A stretch of 64,000 nt of DNA from Octopus bimaculoides (lineage: Eukaryota). The notes under the pieces were generated by a model, which saw only the letters and a list, made by a program, of their open reading frames with translations, did not search any database and was not told the origin of the DNA. Below are positions 53,541 through 64,000 of this stretch, in pieces. Location of the stretch: NCBI RefSeq assembly GCF_001194135.2, contig NC_068981.1, positions 35,797,757-35,861,756 on the forward strand, written 5' to 3'. A program made the translations under genes and the position numbers. Within the stretch, counting starts at the first letter, position 1, and each line of letters begins with the position of its first letter.

Positions 53541-53949
53541 NNNNNNNNNNNNNNNNNNNNNNNNNNNNNNNNNNNNNNNNNNNNNNNNNNNNNNNNNNNN
53601 NNNNNNNNNNNNNNNNNNNNNNNNNNNNNNNNNNNNNNNNNNNNNNNNNNNNNNNNNNNNNNNNNNNNNNNNNNNNNNNNNNNNNNNNNNNNNNNNNNNN
53701 NNNNNNNNNNNNNNNNNNNNNNNNNATATATATATATATAGATGGATAGATAGATCAATAGATAGATGTGTTGCTATCATTTAGCCCTGGATCAATCATA
53801 ATTGAAAGGACTTATGATCAAAAGAGTGTCTAAATTACATTATCTAAAGTATAATTTGTGTTTGTTAAAGTAGTAGGGCATTTTTTGAGGGATATTTGGT
53901 TTCTATTTATAGCACACTCAGTGACCAGACAGAGACTTCCTCATTAGCT

Positions 53950-54375
53950 GTCTGTCATTGTTTCAACATTCATTTTCCATGCTTGCATGGGTTTGCTGAG
54001 ATTTGTTGAGGCAGATTTTCTTTGACTGGATGCCCTTTTTAGTTGCCAACCCTCTTCTATTTCAAAGTAAGTTAATATTTCCCTTACTTCTTCAAACATG
54101 AACATCCCAATGGCTGAACATGGTTTCACAAAAGGTTCCAGCATCTTTGATGGTGGTATTTATTTACAAGTGCTTAATATCAAGACAAGCAGACATGAAC
54201 ACGCACACACATGCATACACACATAATACATGCATGTATGTGTACGTGCATGCAAACATGCATACATGTATACATACATATACGGTAGGTTTTGTTCAGT
54301 TTCCATGTGCCAAATCCACTCAGAAGGCTTTGATTGATCTTGGTGCATAGAAGAAGACACTTTCTCAGAGTGTAA
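53950..54375 (-). mobile_element. SINE: head, degenerate TG linker, RTE-type tail
   Basis: Plus strand ttttccatgcttgcatggg...gcagattttc..gactggatgccc (tail); CA-rich linker; ttcagtttccatgtgccaaatccactcagaaggctttg...agaagaagacact (head). Confidence 0.75.
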
Positions 54376-54776
54376 AAGGATGATATTTGATAAAACAAAA
54401 TGAAAGATCTTCACACTTCTGACATTTTCCAAAAAATGGTTGGAGACAATTCCCTTTTTTGGCTTTATTCTTTTGTCAGCTGTTGGTCTTCAGTAAAATT
54501 GAAATGGTTGAATAATCTGCTTTATTGGTGTGAAATATCCCAGTGTGAATCATTCTCACTACCTCCATCACCAGAAATATTACCAGCTTGACATTTGACC
54601 TCACTCTCACGAACCTAATTTCTCATGCTGACATAGACTGCATGATATATTTAAATGACAGAAATATTTCCATGTCCTCGTCTTGTGCATCAATTCATGT
54701 GTGAGGCTTAACTTTCTTGATCTTTAGCTCAAGTTTTCCTCATCATACCACTGACCTGACTGCCCCATCTCTACTT

Positions 54777-54830
<54 letters not shown>

Positions 54831-55123
54831 TGCAGTATTTATTCACTTAACATATGTCATTCATTTGCATTATGTGCTTCAAATAATGATTAGTTAATTA
54901 AAAACATGGCCTCAGAAGCAATGCTGAGAGAGAGAAATAGAGAGAGATAGAGAGAAAATGAGAGAAAACATATAAGTTGTGAATAAATAAAAATGGTTTC
55001 TTACTTTGGCATAAAACACACTAATATATTGCAGATCGGGGTATAGTTAATTGAATTGACCCTTAGGGCACATCTGGTACTTATCTTAATTATGACCTAA
55101 CACGAACAACATTAGTAATAATG

Positions 55124-55175
<52 letters not shown>

Positions 55176-55287
55176 TGATGATGATGATGATTCATTATTT
55201 GCCGAAGGGGACCACCCCATGAAGTACAAATTATTTTATATGAAGTGATTACAAACTTGCTGGGGTCGTCGTTGTCGTCAGTCATCG

Positions 55288-55318
<31 letters not shown>

Positions 55319-55419
55319 CCTCCTCCTTTTAAAGTTGATTTGTCTATGTTTGCAGAGTTTTCTATGACTAGATGCCCTTCCTGACACCAACCCTCATTAC
55401 TCTGTCAAATAACATGTAG

Positions 55420-56580
55420 CTTGGACTTAGCTATATGGTTGTACTTCACTGTTTTGTTTAATAATCGAGCATTGTTATACATTAATTCGCTATGGGAAAG
55501 TGTCATAGTATCAGCCCAGTTACTAGATCAAAGATCGTGTTGCTTCATCAGCAAAGTGTGTCCTTCATGAACATTAGCAAGCAATTAGGATGCAGCAAAA
55601 CGGCTTGTGTTTAAGCATGGAAGCTTTACCGAACCACTGGCCAGTACAAAGATCAGCAAAGAATGGGCACTCTGAGAAAAACAACAGTACAGATGGATTG
55701 GTGAATTCAAAGGCTCTCTGAAGGTAACTGAATACTAACAGCAGTGGACATTTGCAAGCAATTATCTGATGAAACTGACTTTTGCTTTACACCCCAAACC
55801 GTCAGAAATCACTTAATAGAATTTGGACTGTTAGGCCAGATCACTTGAAAGAAGCTGATAATTTCTGAGATGAACCAGCGGAAGCAGATCAAGTTTGCTA
55901 AAGGCCATATTGAATGGACGGCTGAAGACTGGTCAAAAGTTCTTTGGAGTGACAAATCCCACTTCTGCATCTTTGGATCAGACAGAAAGACTTATGTTAG
56001 ATGCCATCCAACTGAAGAATTCCATCCTAAGTGTGTCAAGAAAACAGTGCAAGCGGGAGGTGATGGTGGTGGGAGGTAATAGTGTGGGCTGCGTTCAGCA
56101 GCTTAGTTGTTGGTCGATTTGTTAAAATTGATGGCAAACTAAACAGTGTAGGCTATCTGCAATTAGTAAATGAAAATGTGCTGCTATATTTAAATAATCA
56201 GATGCCACTGGGATCTATTTTCCAGCAGGACAATTGCCTCGTTCTTAAGGCTAGGAAAGTTTTTGCAATATTTTGAGCACAGTAATATGGTGGTCACTGA
56301 GTTGCCTCCACAGAGCCTGGATTTGAATCTGATAGAAAATTTATGGAATTGTTTCTAAAAGAGTTCTAAAAGAATGCTAAAAAACCAACAAATTTGTCTC
56401 ATGTGATTTTTGTGCTCATTTGTTGAACTCCATGTCCCACTGTTGTAAGGCCATAATTGAAAATAATGGCTATGGAACTAGATACTAATAATAAACTTTT
56501 GTTCATTGATCATTTGTGTCATAAATTTTCTATTCAAACAAAGTAATATTGGTAAGGTCTTAAACTTATTTTGGCCAGTG
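55420..56580 (+). mobile_element. Tc1-family (DD34E) transposon remnant, right end retained, left TIR not found
   Basis: From ATG 55492 MGKCHSISPVTRSKIVLLHQQ...LGCSKT; TPQTVRNHL; QIKFAKGHIEWTAEDWSKVLWSDKSHF; VWAAFS; FQQDNC...SLDLNLIENLW with 34 codons plus one inserted base between D and E; right end ttattttggccagtg|TA (56581-56582). Confidence 0.9.
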
Positions 56581-57050
56581 TATGTACTTACTGAATTAGA
56601 AACAGCTTGAAGTATATAAGCAAAATCAAACATACATACACAAGGTGTTGTGTTGTTAATTTGTGAGGTGGCTGCATTTTTTATATATATATATATATAT
56701 NNNNNNNNNNNNNNNNNNNNNNNNNNNNNNNNNNNNNNNNNNNNNNNNNNNNNNNNNNNNNNNNNNNNNNNNNNNNNNNNNNNNNNNNNNNNNNNNNNNN
56801 NNNNNNNNNNNNNNNNNNNNNNNNNNNNNNNNNNNNNNNNNNNNNNNNNNNNNNNNNNNNNNNNNNNNNNNNNNNNNNNNNNNNNNNNNNNNNNNNNNNN
56901 NNNNNNNNNNNNNNNNNNNNNNNNNNNNNNNNNNNNNNNNNNNNNNNNNNNNNNNNNNNNNNNNNNNNNNNNNNNNNNNNNNNNNNNNNNNNNNNNNNNN
57001 NNNNNNNNNNNNNNNNNNNNNNNNNNNNNNNNNNNNNNNNNNNNNNNNNN

Positions 57051-57087
<37 letters not shown>

Positions 57088-58283
57088 ATGTGTGCATATA
57101 TGCATGAATGTTAGCATTAATGCACACATAAAATAAGTAGGAAGGCAGACAAACCACAAATCCCTTCAGGTAGATGGCCCTGCTTGATCTGTAGAAAAGG
57201 CATACAATTTTCATTATTGAACCCTTATGTTCCTTTTTGACATGGTAGTAGAGTACTGACACTAATTTCTTTTCTTTGTACTCTTGTTAGTGTCCTCTGC
57301 TCATTCTGCTATGCTTTGAATAATTTCTATATAAGTTTTGGTGGTGTTCTTGCATTTGCCTTTCCATACATCTCACATGGTGCATAATATGCTAGCTTTG
57401 CAATTTAGTTTTGAATTAATTTTGCTTATTATTCTGAATATATAGCTATATTATTTTGTACTTCCAATACATAGATAATATAAACCCTATAGCTAAAGCA
57501 AGACAATATCCAAGAACTTGAAAAGAGCATCATGGGGAAGGTCTAGCATATAGCTAATTCCATTCACTAGAGTCTTAAGGTAACTGTAGACTACCCATCC
57601 AAACAACTGAACAATAAAATACCTTTCCAAGTTACAAAACTGGCTAGTAACAATAAATAACAATGTACAACTTCTCCAGTCACATTTTACGAAACCCATG
57701 GTGACGAAGTACTAGTAGTAGAATAATAAGAAGCATATATTGTGACTATAGTAATACAGGGAAATACAAAATAATACACAAAACTTGATCTGCTGAATGC
57801 AAACCTCTGTGTGTCATAAACAACACAGAAACAAGATGTACAGAGAAGCCAGTAAAAAGTTAGGAACCATCATTGAAAAAATGTGTTTTCATGGTCAACC
57901 TTTACATGGGAGCTAACATTTTGTTAATTGTGGTGGTAAGGGTGAAATGGAAGATATATACAGAGAAAATGAGCTAAAAAAATGGCATAAAAGATACTCT
58001 GTTCAAAGAAACAAAAACATAAAAATGATCAGAAAAACAATCCACACAAATACCCACAATACACAGGCATATGTATAGGCATCTACCCACCCTCAGGTAG
58101 GAGCCTGTTTGCATACATTTATTTATATAGTAAGAAGAAAAGAGACAAGAGCAATAAGAGCATTTAAAATGCAAGCCATTGCAAATTGGAATACAGAAAA
58201 TGGAAATTTAAATCAATATTGCAGGTACAGATATGAATGTTGCTAGAGGTCACGTATGCATATATGCACACATATGCACCCCT

Positions 58284-58284
58284 C

Positions 58285-58344
<60 letters not shown>
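58284..58344. repeat. (CTAT)n microsatellite
   Basis: Seen directly. Confidence 0.95.
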
Positions 58345-58345
<1 letters not shown>

Positions 58346-60382
58346 CTTCTCTCTCTCTCTCTCACTATGTTAAATAAATAATATCTCACTCACTTAAGAA
58401 ACTTTTCTTTCCACAAAAATAAGAAATGAAAGAAGTTAAAATATGATGATGATGATGATAATAATAACGACGATGATGATGATGGCGATGATGACAACCA
58501 TGACAATGACGATGACGATAATGATGATGATGGCATAGAATTTTGAGCAATTACTTTTATGACAATTTTCTGTTTGCAGGTTTTATATGAGACCACGATT
58601 GTTAGTCAATCATCTAAGAACATTGGCAACTAGAAAATGGCACTATCAAATAGACATAAGGATGAAAAGAGGCTGTCTTCTTTTTCTCAAGTTTACACTG
58701 TTGCCGTTATCATCACCATCATCATCCTGGCATCCATGATCAACATCATTATCATCAAGATCATTATCCTTGCAATCATCATTAACATCATTTTCATCAT
58801 CATCATCATCGTCATCAAACAGATGCAAAGAAGAAAAATATAAAAGGGAAGAAAGCATATATAACAAGAAAAGGAAAACAATAAGCTACGTCATTTAGTT
58901 GTGGAATCTATATTGTTCTTGAGTATGTAGATGATGATGAATATGATGTAGATGATGATATACATGATAAAGGTATAGATTGAAAAAATAAATTTCTTTT
59001 ATATGCATGTGCATATATGGTTGTGTGTATATTTGTGTTTTTCTCTCTTAAAATATTTATTTTGCAGTAGTTTTTGTAATTTTAAACATTTATATTTTGG
59101 CTATAATTTTACTTTCAATTTCATAATTGATTCCTTACTTTCTTTATGACAGATACGTAAATTCTTCCTCCTCTCCTTATATCATTGTACCACTACTACC
59201 ACATGATGCCTCCACTTTCACCAGCTCCACCTCATGAAACTCTCATACAACACCTTCAGACCAGACTATGCTGTCTGCATGAATACACACTACACACAAA
59301 GACACACAGATATGCATGCATACACACACAAATACACATACATGTGTACAAATGCATACACACAAATGCATATGCACACAAACATACTGACAGTTACAAA
59401 CTCAAACACTCATAGGCACACATACACAATCATACATATTTATGCATGCACACTGAGATCCAGAGGTACACATGCATACAAAAATATACATAGACTCAAA
59501 CACACAAATGCATACACACAACTATGCACCTACAAATAATCACACACATAAACATGCTGACACAGTTACATACACTCAAACACACCTATATCTATGCACA
59601 CACTCAAACATGCAGTTACAGATATACATGTGCCACCTTCAAACCACCAACTCACTCTCAATAGTCAATAACTTATGCAGATCCTTTCTCTATCATTCAA
59701 TGTATATATATATAAAAAAAAGAAACAAAAACAAGAAAATAACAAGAAACAATTAAAAAAAAGGTAAAATTCAACAACCAAAAACTAGGAACAAAAAAAA
59801 AATTAATACTAATAATGATGATGATAATAACAATAATGTTAAAAGTAATGAAAATGACAACACTAATGAAGATAATGGTAATGCTGGTGACAACAACAAC
59901 AACAACAACAAACAAACAAACAACAAAAATGATACTATTGCTTATGAAGATGATGATGGTGATAGAAATAAATGCTTCCATAAATATTTTTTAAGATTTC
60001 TATTTTATAATAATAATAATAATAATAATAATAATTATTATTATTTTTTATTATTATTATTATTATTATCATTATTATTATAATTTGTGAGAAAAATGTA
60101 TGTTTATTGAAAAAATGTCTCTTTACTTTTAAAATAATATTGATTTCTACTATAACTCCTCACTCTTGCTACAATTACTAATGCTTCTGTTTTTCTGCTG
60201 CTGCTATTTCCACAGCTATTGCTGCTACTACAACTACTACTGCAGCTGCAACTGCTACTATTGCTGCTTTTACAACCACAGCTCTTCTGCTAACATTACT
60301 ACTGCTGTAGTTACAGCAGCTGTTCTTGCCATGGTTGACTCCTACAACAGTAACACCATTGTATTGCTAGTATTACAGATGT

Positions 60383-60402
60383 ACACACACACACACACAC
60401 AT

Positions 60403-60498
<96 letters not shown>
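60383..60498. repeat. Long (CA)n microsatellite
   Basis: Seen directly. Confidence 0.95.
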
Positions 60499-60499
<1 letters not shown>

Positions 60500-60501
<2 letters not shown>

Positions 60502-60842
60502 CATGGTGCTGTGTAGTTAACAAGCTTACTTTGCAACCACATGGTTTCAGGTTCAGTCACACTATGAGATACTTTGCACAAATGTCTTCTACTATAGCCT
60601 TGGACTGTGTGGAAAGCCCATTACGTATGTGTGTATGTGTTTGCCCATATGTAAGTCTTCTCTCACTTTGACAGCTGGTGCTGGCTTGCTTACATCCCTG
60701 CAACCTAACACTTTCAGCAAGAGACTGTTAGAATAAGTGCCTGAGTTCAAAAATATGTATTGTGGTTGATTTGTTCTACTAAATTCGTCAAAGCAGTGTC
60801 TCAGCATGGCTGCAGTCCAATGACTGAAACGAGTAAAAGATA
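60500..60842 (+). mobile_element. SINE: head, TG-rich linker, CR1-type tail
   Basis: gtgtagttaacaagcttactttgcaaccacatggtttcaggttcagtc...aaatgtcttctactatagcc; body ttgacagctggtgctggcttgcttacatccc...gagactgttagaataag; tail cagcatggctgcagtccaatgactgaaacgagtaaaaga. Confidence 0.8.
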
Positions 60843-60894
60843 TGTATGTACACTTATACATGTGCACACACACACACACACTCACTCTAGGATT

Positions 60895-61115
60895 TGAGCT
60901 TGCAGTGTGGCATCTTGAGCAGGTCATCTAATAACAATTGAGTGAACTCAGGTACCTCTAAACATTATAGAAATGTGTCAGACAAAGTGCACCTGTAATT
61001 CAAATGCATAGCCTTATCACTCAATGTGGCATGCTGACTCAACAAGAAGATTTCATTAGGAGTACATGTGTCTGTGAAATGCTCAGTTACTTATACACTA
61101 AAAACTGGCTGCTTA
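60895..61115 (+). mobile_element. Degenerate SINE-like repeat (second octopus-type family)
   Basis: gtgtggcatcttgagcagg...cctgtaattcaaa...gccttatcac...ggagtacatgtgtctgtgaaatgctcagttact resembles a recalled cephalopod SINE body. Confidence 0.5.
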
Positions 61116-61290
61116 TTTCTCTGTGATTGGTCAAATGATGTAGTCCCCTCTCCTCAGAACCCAATTAGGCTGTTCATCATTTCTCCAATCTGTAGAGAAA
61201 TAGTTAAATTTGCCATGTTTGTATTTCTATTATGTAAGCTTACTATGCGTGTATGTGTATTAGTGTGCACATGCATATGAATATATATGT

Positions 61291-61343
<53 letters not shown>

Positions 61344-61568
61344 NNNNNNNNNNNNNNNNNNNNNNNNNNNNNNNNNNNNNNNNNNNNNNNNNNNNNNNNN
61401 NNNNNNNNNNNNNNNNNNNNNNNNNNNNNNNNNNNNNNNNNNNNNNNNNNNNNNNNNNNNNNNNNNNNNNNNNNNNNNNNNNNNNNNNNNNNNNNNNNNN
61501 NNNNNNNNNNNNNNNNNNNNNNNNNNNNNNNNNNNNNNNNNNNNNNNNNNNNNNNNNNNNNNNNNNNN

Positions 61569-61613
<45 letters not shown>

Positions 61614-62950
61614 TAAAATATCTATATATATTCTCTCCTTGTGTACATGCAGTCCAAATTTATTTCATTGAGTCAAGTCCAAGCCAATGGAGCAACATAG
61701 ACTCTTGAGATGTCTCTTCCACATATCTCAATCCAACATGCCAGAGCACAACTCACCAATGTCCTTTCTTCATAAGTATGAGAACAAAATTTGCATTGTG
61801 GGTGCAAACCTTGTTTTTCAGAAGGATGTTCAAAGTATTTTCATAACCCTCCAAAAACTCGAGGGTGTGCCAGTGTACCTGTTGTCTCCAAACCTATGCT
61901 TTTCTCATTGTGTGCTCATATGTTATCTTCTGAGCCCCATGCATATCACATGGGCTCATGCATGGGCTCCCAGAAGACATGTCTTAGAGTAATGAGTGAA
62001 CACGAACTAAATCAACTTGATCCATTCAGATAGGGTCTAACATATAGTCTTGTATAACCATCCTTCTTCCTTCAACTAAATACAAATTTAAAGTTATTAC
62101 AGCACAAGCTTTGATAATATGAAATCTATGATGTTATATTTTGGTTACTGTTCAACTGTGTCACACTGAACCTACAAAAATCAAAATGTATTTCAGTCAG
62201 TTTCATTAAGATGTCATATTTGTTAGATATCACAAGATGGTTATGCTATGAATCTAAAATACACAGAATATAGCTTAAAGAAAGTTGTTTGAGAGTAATG
62301 TATTTAGGACATTACAGATGGAAGTAAAAGCTTTGTGTTGTATCATTGTTATTGCATGTTACTAAGTATAGCATGCATCATATCTGTGATATAAGTTGAC
62401 AATCAGAATAGTATTGTTTGTTAGAACAGCAATATCCTAGTTATATCCTAGTTGTTATATGTCAGCAGGAATGTTGTATCTGGCATATTACATGTTCATC
62501 AGAATAGCAATGTCTTGTAACTAAGATGTTACAGTGCTAGAATGAAGCAACACAAATCATGAACAAAAGCAATAAATAATAAATATATAAACAAATGAAC
62601 AAGATAAATATAAAATGAAAATACATGAAACAAGCTATGAAGAATTGATTAATAAGAAAGCCAGAATGAACCAAAAAGAAAGAAAAGAAGAGAGAAAGAA
62701 GAGTACCTCGTATATGTTGATAAAACAAGCCCTCACCCCCCACCTCTATCATTCCCAGTTTGATTCTTCCCAGATGTTCATTTCACCTCCTGAAAATGCA
62801 TTTAAGATAGAAGCAGTCAACCAAAACATGATTAGTCCTTGTTAACTGACACTGCACATTTCACTTTGTACAATGCATGTGCATACACCTGCCACTTTCC
62901 TGACTGTACTTTATACTATATACTTTTAAGCATTATGTGTATCTGTATGT

Positions 62951-62990
<40 letters not shown>

Positions 62991-63138
62991 ACAGATACAA
63001 AAAAAAAAGGAGAATAAAAGCAAAGTAAGAAAATCAAAAGTTTAAAAAAAAAAGCTATAGATCTAAAGTGAAATGAAATAAAAGAAAAAGAAATTTCTAA
63101 ATTGAATTAAAAATATAAAACAAAGCAACAACAACGAC

Positions 63139-63170
<32 letters not shown>

Positions 63171-64000
63171 CAGCTGTTGGATCTGAATTGAAACTAGAAA
63201 GGAAAGAGAGAGAAAAAAGTCTAATTGAAGTTTCTATATTTCTGGGATGAGGAATCATTATTATACACACGATGTTTACCAAACTATTCCTCTTTGGAAT
63301 GGAATTAAGTAGCAGAGCGAGGTGTTGCATGCAATGATAATTAACCCTTACAATACACAGAACAGCTGTGTGAGGTCAATATTTTCTCCTCCTCCTCCTC
63401 CTCCTGTTGCTGTTACTGCTGCTTTTGTGTACATTACACACACACGTGTATGTGAGGAGAGAGAGAGAGAGAGAGAGAGAGAATTTCAGCTGTTTGCAAA
63501 TCAAGTCTGCAAGGCAGTTTTAATTCTGTAAAGATATCTCATTTTACATTTGTTGATAATATTGTTTTATACTTGAGGAAAAGTCATGAATATCACAACT
63601 TCGCTTTAACATTTCTCTAAATTTACAGTTTCTATGTCTAGTTAGAAGAAGTCAATATTTTATGTGCTGAAAAATCTTTTTATATTAAACTTAAAAAACC
63701 TTTGTTATTTCTGTTCCTTACATATTTTCCTTTTTCTTTTTCAGTTGCATCATAGAACTGTATTTGTGAGGGTTCATCATTATAATTGTTATATATGGTT
63801 ACCACAGTTGTTGCAGCATAATATTAAAAAGCCTAGAGTTGTGACATTCAATTTATTTTAAATTTACCATCTAAATTTCATATTTTAATGGGTTTTTTTT
63901 TTATCAGAATTTGGAAAGAATTGTGTACCACTGAAAAGTATGTTATATGTTATGAAATTTGTAAAGCATATTATTACTTCTCCACTTAAATGATCAAATT

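Noticed and set aside
63097-63185. Minus-strand acceptor followed by DPTAVIIIIIIIIIVVVVALF, resembling a transmembrane exon
   Set aside because: The hydrophobic run is a (GAT)n microsatellite; it ends in a stop with no donor.
63745-63861. Strong plus-strand polypyrimidine acceptor with a short open frame
   Set aside because: No recognisable peptide and no donor; cannot be supported without transcripts.

Overview
AT-rich, microsatellite-dense animal genomic DNA with eight N-gaps, all flanked by simple repeats. The SINE, RTE-LINE and CR1-LINE content resembles octopus repeat families, so the source is probably Octopus (inferred from recalled repeat motifs, not searched). Only one host coding exon is well supported: a 285-bp phase 1-1 immunoglobulin (I-set-like) exon on the minus strand (32232-32516) with canonical splice sites. 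The window is therefore probably intronic sequence of a large Ig-superfamily gene. The rest is decayed mobile DNA: two Tc1 (DD34E) copies (one with both TIRs and TA TSDs), mariner fragments, a long Helitron Rep remnant, RTE and CR1-type LINE fragments, two different restriction-like-endonuclease LINE fragments (R4/Dong-like and HERO-like), and many tRNA-derived SINEs. The best structural observation is a modular SINE family: one head is joined through an internal TG-rich microsatellite to either an RTE-derived or a CR1-derived 3' tail, and both donor LINE types occur in the window. I found no convincing novel multi-gene system. Most supplied ORFs are microsatellite or N-gap artefacts.
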